A stretch of DNA of 63,873 bases, counting the filler, from Reticulomyxa filosa (Eukaryota > Protista > Foraminifera): NCBI GenBank assembly GCA_000512085.1. It is 22 parts of 22 records of this genome, joined end to end, with 100 filler letters (N's around TTAATTAATTAA, not from the genome) between each part and the next. Parts side by side here need not be neighbours in the genome. Positions count along the whole stretch, not along the records: positions 36,263 to 41,851 come from ASPP01002913.1; positions 41,952 to 43,290 come from ASPP01026477.1; positions 43,391 to 46,625 come from ASPP01013608.1; positions 46,726 to 48,284 come from ASPP01014580.1; positions 48,385 to 51,452 come from ASPP01032913.1; positions 51,553 to 57,806 come from ASPP01007736.1; 16 more parts are not named here. One strand, 5' to 3'. Positions within the stretch are counted from its first letter, which is position 1. Each line of letters begins with the position of its first letter. A model generated the notes under the pieces. It saw only the letters and a list, made by a program, of their open reading frames with translations, searched no databases and was not told the origin of the DNA. A program made the position numbers and the translations under genes. This document shows positions 39,213 through 51,590 of the stretch, one piece after another.

Positions 39213-40902
39213 TTAAATGGACGATAGTTGGTCCTGCATGTAATATTTGCACAACTCTAAACCCTGACTAAGACTTAAAAAAGTGTAGCGCATTTTTTCA
39301 TACAACCGACCACAATCCATTTTCAGATTACTTGGAGAGGGAGTTTTTTTGGCCCAAGACTCCTGGCACTCGCTTCTTTTCATTCCTAAGATTTTTTTTT
39401 TGTCCATTTTATACGATCCGTCTGAAGAAAAGACGTCACACAAAGCATGAGCCATTACAACACGACTACAAGACTCGGAGCCTCCCATATTGAATATTTC
39501 ATGGAACAGTTGACCCTTTTTTTTTTTTGTACCAACAATTCAATATGTTGTATGTGAAGAGGAGGACATCTCAAAAAAAAAAAAAAAGAAAAAAAGAGTA
39601 AAATGTAATTTGAGCAAAACCTGAAAAAAGAATTGATCAACAAAAAATTTGCAGCATTTGAGGACATCGAAGATGCATACAAAATTGCGAATTTCGTTTT
39701 GAAATAACGTGACTTTTTTGTTGGACACAAGGTTGTCTTGATTAGTACCAATACTTTGATTCGATAGATCTGACGCATGAACTCTGAGCTCTTTCAATAA
39801 AAATTGCAAAAAAGTGGAGTGGACTTTGCTGAGGGACTCTGTCTTTTTATCGCATAAATTCGAAGTGTCCGTTGTGATAGCCTCGTTAACGTCAAAAAAG
39901 TCCGCCAGCAAGGGTCCATAAATGACAGAGCTTCGCAAGATGACGTGATACCTGCATTTCATTCTCACGATGCGCTCCAGTTTTTTTTTGCTTTGACCAT
40001 AAACATTGATTGGATACAATGCACTTGTTTCGCTGTATCCATTCGCACTTTGCTGCAAAGAGTCCTTCGTAGAACGAAAAGATGGAGGCTGTTCATCTAC
40101 TGCCCCTTCATAGACATGGTCACTTGAGAAAACCAAGAACAGGGCATTGTATGCTGTTATTCCCAGCAAAAGATCGATCAAATATTCCGGAGCATTGATC
40201 TTGAAACACTTTTCCGGGTTTGCTTCGCATGCTCCAACATCAGACATCGCCGCGCAGTGGATTACCACATCCGGAACGTGTTTCAAGCATCTATACGTAG
40301 AGCACAAAGGGTGCCTCTAATCTTCATTTTTGCAAACTTTTTTTATAAAAAAAAAGTTGGCAAAAAAAAAATTAAAAAAAAGAACAATGAAAAATGAGAA
40401 CAACATACTTGAGACACTCCTTCACCGAATTGTCATTTGCCAAATCGATACTCAACATTTGCACTCTCATCGAATCAAAATTTTTTCTTTCTGTGTTTGC
40501 TTGTGCTTTTGTTTTACTCTTTGGCTTTGATAATGTAAATTTACCCATGCCTCGAAGCTTTGGTGAAGAGAATTGCTGTGAAAAATTGTTTGTTGTAAAT
40601 ATTCGCGCTGGAGATGACCCGCTTGTGCTTGTTCCACTGCTAGTCTTCGTGTTGTAGTCCGTGTCTCCTTGTTTTTCATCGTTGCTATAATCCAAATCAA
40701 TGTCAAATTCGTCAAAGACGTACGGCTGATGGTGGTGATACAACGCGACTATAAAGTGGCTTGTGTGGTGCAACAGATAGTTGAGTAAATAATGTCCCAC
40801 ATATCCGTTTGCACCTGTCAGCAAAATACAACCATTATGATGTGGGTTATACAATAAACTGGCAGTTTTGTGAAGAACTGAATCTCGTGATGACAATCTC
40901 AT
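39213..40902 (-). CDS. RmlD / MAT2B-like NAD(P)-dependent extended SDR (dTDP-4-dehydrorhamnose reductase family), 3 exons
   Basis: ILLTGANGYVG Rossmann motif; PDVVIHCAAMSDVGACE; FSSDHVYEG; PINVYGQSK (YxxxK); ILRSSVIYG; LFQNEIRNFV; NMGGSESCSR. Confidence 0.9.
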
Positions 40903-41951
40903 TATCAGTTTTGTTTTTTAGTTCGAAAGGAGCATATATTTTGTAGTACACTTCAAAACTTCTTTTTCAAAAAAACAACAAAAGCTTTCGTTCAATCCTA
41001 ATTCATTTTAAGAGAATTTAAAAAAGTTGGTACGAAAATAATCTACCTTCTATAAAAAATCAACACTTAAATAAATAAAGAGAAGACGTTTACAAATATT
41101 TTTTATTATTTTATTTTTGGTTTGATTTTTATCAAATAATTTTTTTAAAAAACAGGCCATTCTCAGTTGCACATCCGTGACAATAACAAAACCAGGAGAA
41201 TGCGTACAGTTGATAGACTAGTATAATTACATGAAACTCTTTTCAACTTTGGACATCTTGAATATAACATTGATGTTATAATAACCTTTTCCTAGGTTGA
41301 TCAAAAAATCGTTTTTTCAAATGATTTTTCAAAATTTCGAAAGAATGCATATAAATCAAACATGTATTGACAAGAAATTTTTTAATCTTTTTGTTTCTTT
41401 TTTATGAATTTTCAAATCACGTTACACTTTTAAAAAGGAATTTTATCTTTCGTAGTTTTAAAAAAATTCGACAAGTAAAATTTAACTTTTTTTTATTAAG
41501 AAATTAAATTTTAGCTTGCAATTTTATTTGATGTAATGTTTTTAATTTTTAATTTTTGTTTTGAGTTTTTGACAGATTAATATATAGAATCCAACTGTTA
41601 TTTTTATATCTGAACAATAAGATTCAATGTCAAGTATTCATTTTTAAATTTTTTAATGAATGTTATTATTTGCTTCATTATTTATCTTGCAGACATGACT
41701 AACATCTTTTGAACCAAAGGAAGACAAATTATGATACTACATTTAACAAACCTTGACTTTGACATTAATTTTTAAGGTTTTGTTTGATAATTTTTAAATG
41801 TATTTGTTTCAATCACATACCACAATTTTATATAAATATCTTTTAACTTTANNNNNNNNNNNNNNNNNNNNNNNNNNNNNNNNNNNNNNNNNNNNTTAAT
41901 TAATTAANNNNNNNNNNNNNNNNNNNNNNNNNNNNNNNNNNNNNNNNNNNN

Positions 41952-42854
41952 TTTCACAACGGTGATTTCATATTTCTGCAATTCTGTCACCAAATTCTTA
42001 ATTTCAATACTGTTCATTGCATTTTCACTCCTTTCTCTCAAATCTTCGATACTCTTTGCATGTTGTTTAATTTTATTTGCTTTTAATTCATAAGATAATC
42101 CAGATTTAATTGAATATGAACATTGATAATTATTGTCCTTCACAGGTATTGAATCACCACTTGCACAAATAGAATGTTCAGAATTGTAGAACATTGCTTT
42201 AACAATTGATGTAACTGTTCCTTTTTTACAATCAGGACAATTAAAAGAAGTTTTATCTGAAATAAATGTAATATTATCAAATCCAATATTAATCCATACT
42301 GTTAATTTCGCTTTTGATGCTAAACACATTTCATTAATGCAATATCCTTGCAAATTAACTCCTGGTTTTGTTTCTCCAATTTCTGCTTTTTCCATTTCTT
42401 TTTGTATACTTTTATTATTATCATCGAATGTACTCATTGTGTTTTCTTGTTTTTGTTCTTGTTCTTGTTTCTATTTATCATCACAAAACAGAAACATAAA
42501 GATAAAAAAAATGTTATAAAATAAATAAAATAATTTTGTTTGTTACCTGTTCGATATTCCCCAATTCATTACTTTTGCTCTTTTCCTTTTTAATATAAAA
42601 AAGACATCAATTATAATACAATAAGATATGTTGTTATTTATGTTGTAATATACCTCATTTTCAACAGATAATTGAACAAGTCCTTTTATCACCAATTCGA
42701 TATTTCCATTGTTATTTATTATTTTCTGTTTTAACTCTTCTTTATTAATTGAATCACCGAATAGTCGAATTAATGCTTTTATTTCCTTTTCATGTTTCTT
42801 GTCTCCTTCATTTATGGCACTGGTATTGTCATTGTCGCCGTTGCTGTCTTGCAT
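41952..42854 (-). CDS. Lineage-expanded protein: UBA-like helical domain + Cys-rich Zn-binding domain, 3'-partial
   Basis: EIKALIRLFGDSINKEELKQKIINNNGNIELVIKGL (UBA/CUE-like); PGVNLQGYCINEMCLA...IGF...FNCPDC; cut at the contig end after EITVVK. Confidence 0.7.
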
Positions 42855-43444
42855 TCCTCCTTCACTTTGCTTTATCTAGTAAAACAAAATCACACATATC
42901 TTCATTATTCAAATAAGTAAATATATCATTATTATTTATATCATCAACTGTGATTTTGGCTTTTTTTTTGCCCTCCTGCCCCCCTGCCCCCCTGCCCCTT
43001 TTCTCACAACGACAAAATTTAAACTCTTTACCACTTTTTTTAGCCTGAACTTCATCAATTATCTTGCTCTGCTCTCTCACACATGAGGAAAAAAACACAA
43101 ATGCTATACAAAAATTTTAACAATTCATTTGGATTCATTTGCTTTTTTAACATTTTTTCGTCAAAATATTCAAAAAAATTGCAACTTCGACATCGTTTTT
43201 TACATTACGTCTTAATAAAGATTGAAAGGGTTCCTTTTTTTTTTTTTTGTCGTTCCTGTCCACTTCGCAAAGAAAAAAAAAATGGTTTTTNNNNNNNNNN
43301 NNNNNNNNNNNNNNNNNNNNNNNNNNNNNNNNNNTTAATTAATTAANNNNNNNNNNNNNNNNNNNNNNNNNNNNNNNNNNNNNNNNNNNNAAAAAAAAAA
43401 AAAAAAAAACATTACACATTTAAAATACGATTTAAAAAAAAAGG

Positions 43445-43907
43445 GCGTTGATATTGTACGATCGAATATGGGTCGTGCACGTGATATTGTCAGGTATAGT
43501 CGGATTGACGATGGTGTTGACCGTGATGCTGATTTACAAGATATCGAGTGTGGAGGACATAATATACATCCGAGAAGAGAGTCTGTTGGATATGATTTGC
43601 CTACTAATCGTGCTCATCATATACGCGATCATAGTGGCGTCGACGACCAATTTGAACGTGCACAAAGCGCGGAGGGAGTTTGAAAAGTTCAACATACTGC
43701 GCAATGTGTTGTCGGCGTGTCTCCCTTGCATTCCTTGTTACGCGGTGATTATCATTGGCACCCGGTGGGTATTGTTCCACAACCAACACATGCGACAAGC
43801 GACGTTGACACGAATTAATATTAGAAACGTTTTGGAGATCCCTTTGCCCGACAATGTGGCTCCAAAACAATCCAAAGATGTCCATTTGGATTTTAACAAT
43901 AGTAGTA

Positions 43908-43940
<33 letters not shown>

Positions 43941-46218
43941 TAACGATGACTTTGTATCAACCTTTAAAACGCCCTTCTGGCCTTCTCTCCACCCTTCCCG
44001 AAAATCTTCCACTCTATCAGGACACGGGGAACAGCAATGCATCGACGGAATTGCTCCGGACGTCTGCGCCGCAAATGGAGGCACTTCCTTTTCCCTCTGA
44101 GCCAAAGACGACTCCAGCTCCGGAAGAGGAGAAACAGAGTCCGTCCAACGTCAATCACAAATCCAAAGACATAGGCCTCAAGAGGCAGTTTCAGTTCACT
44201 TTCTATCCCCGTCTGGTCAACAAGCATCAGTATTCCCTGCTTCGAGTCATCCGCGACTACTCCGGATGTAAGCTGTTCATGAACCACTTGGTGCAGTTAT
44301 GTCCCCCCCCCCCCTTCTTGCATTTGTACTTCTTTTTTTTTTTTCCTCCATATACGGTACATCCACAAACATATAAACACAAATATAGTGAGTACGCAGT
44401 GGAAAACTTGTCCTTTATAATCGAGTTTTGTCTGTTCGATTTTCTGGTATTTCTTATCTATTTACACATATATATATATATATATACATATATATATGTA
44501 TATGCATGTATGTATACGTACATTTATGTATACGTAATACCATATGTACTCTTTGTATGTAAAAAAAAAAAAAATGGCAAAGATGTTTTCAGTTAAAACA
44601 GACTATCGTAGAAGCATAGTTAAGTCAAAAAAATAAAAAAATAAAAAAAAAAAGTGTATGTACATATCAACAATCGGCAATGATGTGTCATTATTGACAC
44701 TCCAAAAAAAAAAAAAGTATATATATACGTATACATATATGAAGTCCGCAAACGTCAGGAAAAACTCAAGTCTATCCTGTGCCAGATGATCTCCCTGAGT
44801 CGGATATAATCCAAAACTATACGTTGTCCGGACTTAGATACATGGGATTGTATGAAAAGTACATAGAAAACGAATTCACGACGTCGGGGAACGAAATCAA
44901 CATCGACCATACCGAGCGCATGTACGCGACGTACGTGTATACGTTGGTGGCAAAGCACTTTAACATCGAGCTCGAAGTCGACTATGACTGCATTGAGCCG
45001 GCGTCGACCGGATTGGAAAATAAAACCGACTCACTACGAATCGAGCGCAAAGTGTCGCGTTCCATCACGCCAATGAACGTGAGACAGTTGTCTGCGAGCA
45101 TGGTATCCAAAATGGCCAGTGGCAAGCTTTCCACCAAAGCCATTGTTGTCGCGGACAACAAACACAATACCGAGGACAACTTGCAGCCACTGCGCGCAAC
45201 ACAAACGCCTGCGCCGGAACATGATCACAATAACGTACTCGAAACATTCACGACTCCGCAACTCCTGTGTCAATCTGCGCCGATTGGAAAATCCATCAGT
45301 TTTATCACTTTGCCTGTGCTTTCCCCGGTCGTCAGACCTACCGAGCCGACCTTATCAAAAAATTACGTCGTCGCTACCAATCTCCCAGCACTCACTCAAC
45401 AAGAGAGTGCTCGTAGTGAGGGTCCATTGTCCCTTCATTCGCCATATGCCCAACTATTGGATGAAGAATTGCAACTTAGTTTGTTTGTTTTTTTTTTTAA
45501 CAATAATAAATAAATATAAATATAAATAAATATATATATATATGTATATATATTTATTTATTTATTTATTTGTTATTTGTCACTATCAACAATTTTATTT
45601 GATGATTTTTTTTTTTTTTTGGAACAGCGATTGATATCAATAACTTTGATTATGGCTCCGGAGTTTCACCTCAGCCGTCTCCTACACTCTTGAAAGCTGC
45701 ACAAAAAGACAAGATCGAGTTGGAAACATTTGGCCCGACGAACCAGTCCGACTTGCCTCAAACCACTTCCGAGGAGGATAATGAAAAAGGCACCATAACG
45801 AAAGAAAGGGAGTCCTCACGTGCGACGATCACTAAAATCAAACGTCGTCCACTCATGAGATCACTCTCAATTTTCTTTTTTCCAAACACTTTGCGAGTCT
45901 CACCTTTGCAAAAAGCTGCTGCCAATTTCAAAAATAAATCACACACCCAAACTACTGATGTTTCTGAAGATTTAGCATTAATGATGCTGAATGCATTGGA
46001 TAGATGTCTACTTTTTGTCTTTAAAAACTTGAGAAAACCCTTCAAACGTTTCGTTATGACTCAGGTATGTCCTTGAATGCGAAGTTTGTAAATATATTTC
46101 TAATATAGATACGTACTCCTTTTTTTTTTTTTTTTTTACCGTATCCAAACTTTGCTTTTTTACATAGTCCTTTGCCAAATGGGCCGAAACTCAATGTCTC
46201 CGACCATCCTCAACATAA
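43445..46218 (+). CDS. Multi-TM RGS-domain protein (7TM-RGS-like), 5'-partial
   Basis: TM helices around EDIIYIREE; RGS motifs GCKLFMNHLV|SEYAVENLSFIIEF, LYEKYIE..NEINIDH, and ALDRCLLFVFKNLRKPFKRFVMTQ|SFAKW; stop TAA 46216-46218. Confidence 0.8.
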
Positions 46219-46725
46219 CACCAGCTATGTTATCACAATGAACTTTACTTTTTATAAACACATCCGAAAACAACGTTTAAAAATTTATTGTATTGTCCAC
46301 GGACTTGAAATAAACGGTTGCAGTTGTATTTATGCTTGAACGTGTAAAAAAGATACCATTTTGATCAATTTATTTGTAGCTCACAATTACGAAGATTAAA
46401 TACACTTATTGAAAGCTTTTGCTCAAAAATCAATTTATTTAGCCCTTTTTCCCTCACTTTAAACTCTTTTTCATAAATAATGAAAATGAATTAATATCTA
46501 AAAAAATTATATCGAAAAGTCTTAGTTTTTGTGGAAAGACTTTATGCAACACAAAACACTTTGCAAAAATGGAAGCATATAAATATTGGAGCATTTCCTC
46601 CTAAATCTTTTCGAAGTGACACAATNNNNNNNNNNNNNNNNNNNNNNNNNNNNNNNNNNNNNNNNNNNNTTAATTAATTAANNNNNNNNNNNNNNNNNNN
46701 NNNNNNNNNNNNNNNNNNNNNNNNN

Positions 46726-46769
<44 letters not shown>

Positions 46770-46789
46770 ATATATGTATATTATATACA

Positions 46790-47799
46790 CCTACCATTGT
46801 CGCCAGTAGATCCTACGCTGCTGTTTTCACTCGAACGTCCGCTGCTGCCACTGCTCTCATCCTCATTTACAGTTTGATTTTTTAGCCACAAGTACTTTTT
46901 GACGGTCCGTTTGTAACTCGGACATTGTTGGATTCCCTTGCTCCGCTTCACTTTGTGCTTTCGAATTCGCATTGTCTGCTCTCTTCTTTCAATTCCGTTC
47001 CATTGTTGTTACAACAATTATACATGTGCAATTTCATTCATTTTGTGCGTGTGCATGTGTATGTGTGTATGTGTATGTGTGTATGTGTATGTGTGTGTAT
47101 TTAGTTTATGTTTTAGTGTTTTGATTGGTGGTGCCGTGTTGTTATTGTTGCTGTATGTTGCGAAACCCCGACTTTACTCCCCTCAAGCATTGTGCGCTAC
47201 CTTGTGCTTTGTTAACTCAGAAGCAATGGAAAAGGGGAGATTGTTATGTGTACATTTGGGGATGTGACATGACCCTGCCGGTTATATATATACATAATAT
47301 TGATCACTTTACCTCCAATGGTCTACTTGAAAAATCAATCATGGGACCTTTCTTAATATTCCCGATGAGTGTGGCCTGAAAGTTGGCGTCAGTAAGTAAT
47401 ATGTTAGGATCCATTATCATTTGCAGTAAATTAAATTGAGTTGCTATATTGCTGTGTCCGATTATCACATTTGTTTGTCCGCGCACTGGCTTTGTCACAT
47501 TCAATTTGATTTGTTTTTTGTCGTTGTTTATTTGTTTTAATAAGTTTTGAATCAATTTTGGTTTTTCTGGAGCTTGTAACAGACGAACGATACTCTTCAG
47601 TGTCTGGTGTCAACATCCAACCTACAACTTAGTACCCAAACACTTAGCTGCAAAAAAAAAAAAACAAACACACATACACACAAAAACGAGCATTTCACTC
47701 AACTCGAGCACATAGGCCATGACAAGCTTCTCGAAGCTGTGCCGTGACTGTGGCAAGTAACTGTGGATCTGAATTCAAAACACCTTGTGAAGGTTTCAT
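46790..47799 (-). pseudogene. Disrupted multi-exon hypothetical gene
   Basis: ATG near 47799 (MKPSQGVLNSDPQLL..), later fragments (47304-47555) broken by stops; (TG)n/(TA)n tracts in likely introns. Confidence 0.3.
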
Positions 47800-48384
47800 T
47801 CTTTACTGCTTTCTTTTACGTTTTTTAAAAAAAAAGAGTTTCCCAACACACACAATCAAAGCCGTCACACTTTTATATTTGGTGGTACATCACGTTCTTC
47901 ATCCACGCTACATATAAAACTCACGTAAATAAAAATCTGGAGGCTGATTGTTACGTTTCTCTTTCAGTTTTGGCACGTTACAAAAATTTCACTGTACAAT
48001 CTGTTTTTTTTTTAAAAAAAAGGGGAAAATTCCCTAACTCTCTTTCTAATCTATTTGATCGTGCATAAAGAAAAGTTGCATCATGCCCAAATTAAGCAAT
48101 CTTTGCAGTACTGGCCAAAAACAGCAGGTATTGTTTCGTTTTTTTTTTTTTTTGTGGACATTTTCTGTCCAAACTCAAAACGTTTACGAGCAAAATTGCA
48201 CATTGATTCACTTTACGAAAGGAGCAAAACATTACAAGACGTGCACAAGAGAATCACGAAAAGGTAAGGAAAACAACAAAAAAANNNNNNNNNNNNNNNN
48301 NNNNNNNNNNNNNNNNNNNNNNNNNNNNTTAATTAATTAANNNNNNNNNNNNNNNNNNNNNNNNNNNNNNNNNNNNNNNNNNNN

Positions 48385-49043
48385 TCTCTCATGTAATATA
48401 CTCGAAGTAATGATAATGATGCAATCATGTTCTTTTCTAAAAATCTTTTCCATGATTTACTTATTTTATCCACATTTTCGATATGTTTTCGATGTATTGG
48501 TGCTTCATCAATCAAATCATTAGCAGCAATTTGCAATTGATCTGGAGAGAATGGATATACGTGGACATTGTTTTGAGTGTAATGAAATTCACAATATTGT
48601 CTTTTCGAAAAAGTCCAAGCTACTACAATATGATATTCCAATCCTTTCCAATTGATTTTCAATGATGACTTCGAATGTCGTAGTATTTTTATTTTATCTG
48701 TGCAAAGTTCTTTTATTATTTTGTTGATGATTTGCTTAATCCATTTGAGGATGTTATTATGTTTTTTTTGGAGTGAATCAATATTATTATAATCCAAATA
48801 TTTTTCTTTTAAATGATGTAGGAATACCAAATATCCACAAGATACATTAGGAATGGCGAGTTGTTTTTGTACACATCCAGATAATATCACTCCATAAACA
48901 CTTGAAAATAGGCTTTTTTTATCGTAATACGACGTTTCTCTGTGTTTGTCCAGTAAACTGTTCACAAGGTCGTTGGCAAGCTCATAATACAACCCAGTGA
49001 TAACTGTTAGATCTTTGAGTTTTTCTTCCAATAAGGTTTGCAT
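48385..49043 (-). CDS. 2'-5' oligoadenylate synthetase (OAS)-like nucleotidyltransferase, apparently catalytically degenerate, 3'-partial
   Basis: GVILSGCVQKQLAIPNVSCGYLVFL aligns to OAS1 [43 protein letters not shown] to ALSF....VEFDVLPAF; ASLSLLRVYYMR to S.CFTELQRDFLK. Confidence 0.7.
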
Positions 49044-49418
49044 GTCATATTAAAAAAAGAACACAAAATTTTTAAGAATTTTTTGTTTTGTTAAAAAGTT
49101 GAGTACACGTTTGCACAGTCAGCGTTTAATAACTTAATTCTAGTTTTTGTGTTACTGTTCTTCTCAAAAAAGAAGTAAACAAAAAATGATTAATTAAAAA
49201 AAATGATCAATCGCGTATTGCGGTAAAACAAGGAAAAATGGTCAAAAGTAATATTGAAACAAACGAAAACAAACCAAAACGCTAATAATGGCATCTTTCG
49301 AAATCATAAAGATTTGCAAAACCAATTATCAAGTACTCAATCGAAAATTTGAATAATCTTTCTTAAAAAGCGTGACCATTGTAGCGTTAATTTTTATTTC
49401 ACTCTTTGTGTGGGAAAA

Positions 49419-49784
49419 GTGAGTGAAACTAAGCGTAGTATGAAAGGACTTTAGTTCCGAAAATAAGTTTCAGTAAGAAGAAGCTAAATTAACAACAAGA
49501 CTGTAGAATAAGGCCATATTACGACCTTCAAAGTGCTGAGGGAACAGGGGAGCCCCCAGTGAGTTAAAAACTTCTTCACAACACAACTCACTTTTGCCTT
49601 GTTTCTTTTACTCTTTTCTTTATTTTGTTGCAATTATTGTTGTCAATTTATTTCCTCTTTACTGAAATCGATTTTCGGAACTAAATTCCTTTCGTATTAC
49701 ACTTAGTCTAGCTCACTACCTACAAGACAAAGAAAACAAAAGAGCAAGTAGTTATGTTTGTGAAGGAAATTTAGCCACTGAGGG
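49419..49784. repeat. Interleaved inverted repeats A(49419-49498)-B(49553-49609)-A'(49637-49716)-B'(49729-49784); probable non-autonomous element
   Basis: A and the reverse complement of A' share ACTAAG.GTA.TA.GAAAGGA.TTTAGTTCCGAAAAT..TTTCAGTAA; B and the reverse complement of B' share CCC.CAGTG..TAAA..T.CTTCACAA. The exact 18-mer CTTTCGTATTACACTTAG also occurs at 7748-7765. Confidence 0.75.
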
Positions 49785-51189
49785 ACCACAAGACTGCTTT
49801 GTAGAAAAAGTTAATTTTTTTTTACAAAAAAATCAAAGTTTCTGACTGTTTTAACTTTAAAACTTTTAATTAAGTATTTGTCGAGCGATTACAATAAGCT
49901 ATTTTATTAAAGCAGAATAATTATCTTAAAAGCACTAAAGAAATTTTTTAAAACAACAAATTTTTTTTTCACTTGCGCCGAGGATTGTAATTGATGATTG
50001 CCGACACAAGCAGTGACTCGCCAGAGTCACAGAGTATCATATCTGCAGTCAAATAGTTTCCAAACACAGTTTTTGAAATATTTTTGAAAAATGAAAAAAT
50101 TTTTTACTCAGTCTGTGTTCTTACTTGAACTTTGTGTGCCCTGGTTTTAGTTAGTTGGCAACTTTCGCTTACCTACTTGCACTGTTTTTGCCTGAAATTG
50201 ACACTAATGTTTGTCCAGTTTCTGACTATCATTGTCCAGTAAAAATTGCTTGTATTTTGCATACCTTGTTTTGTGTTGCTCACTTGACGTGCAAATACTT
50301 TTAATCAAACTTCCTTCTTGTCGCTGCAACAAATCTTGTAAGCTCTTTCAAGATTTTGATTCATTTTTCAGATGGTCTTCTTTATCACAAATGACTAATT
50401 TTCTAATATCCCATTTTTTAAAAATTTCGTTCTGAAGTTATATCAATTACATTTACATGCCACACTATATAAATAGTGACAAAAGTGTTGACACACCAAA
50501 ATCGTAATTTATGAATATTATTGATTTTCTAGGTAAAAAAAAAAATCACACTTCATTCATTATCAATATAAAGTTTACACGGAAAGTTGTTTATTGAAGG
50601 GATATGTGCTAACTGGATATTTCAACATATTAGTTTTCAAGTTTATTTAAGTTTTTTAGTGTTTGAAATTGTTAAAAGAATTTTCCTTGGAAGAAAATCA
50701 AAGTTTGTGGACCCTATTGGAAAAATGAAACAAAGTCAACGATTTATGATCAAAATGAAGACATCATCGAATGACGAAATGCGAAAACAAGCAAATGACA
50801 AAAATTCAACTAATTTAACCTATTTGTGGAATGTTTCGTTATCAAGTCAATTGCTGGCACAATGTAAGAACAAGTCTCAACAGTATAAGGTGCGAGTACT
50901 ACCAGAACTGGAAAAGAAAAATATTTGGAAGTAGATTCAGAAATGCTTAATCGACAATGAAAAAATTATATAATAGAAAATTTCAACGATATTAAACGAT
51001 ATCACAACGATCAAGATAAGATAACAAGGCAGCACAAACGACATGATCATTATTGCAATGAAGAAGCAGAAAATGACAACAAATAGCAAGAAAATATAGA
51101 TACAAAGGAAAGAAAATAATATTATTTAATGGAGTTCAGAGCCAAGATAACCAAACATTAAATGTATCACCAATAGATGAAGTAAATAA

Positions 51190-51390
51190 ATACAGTAGGA
51201 TAAAAAGAAAGTTGATACCTAAAATGCTACCTTATAGAAATGATTGTGTTTATCCACGAAAACAACATTTAATCAAAATTTTTTTTCATTTAAAAAAAAT
51301 ATCTACGAATCGTGTAGTTTTTAAATATCATTTTGGTTTTTTATTAAGTCTTTAAAATTTTTTCAAAAATTTTAATCTTTCATTTACTTT
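51190..51390 (+). repeat. Dispersed ~200-bp AT-rich repeat, copy 2
   Basis: TACAGTAGGATAAAAAGAAAGTTGATACCTAAAATGC..AAAACAACATTTAATCAAAATT..AAATATCTAC..TTTTCAAAAATTTTAATCTTTCATTT, highly similar to 60739-60920. Confidence 0.85.
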
Positions 51391-51590
51391 AAAAAAATTT
51401 TGTGGTGCCTGAGTATGATAAAATTTGTTTTTTAAAATTTAATTCAAGTTTANNNNNNNNNNNNNNNNNNNNNNNNNNNNNNNNNNNNNNNNNNNNTTAA
51501 TTAATTAANNNNNNNNNNNNNNNNNNNNNNNNNNNNNNNNNNNNNNNNNNNNAAACAAAACAAAACAAAACAAAACAAATAATTAAAAAG

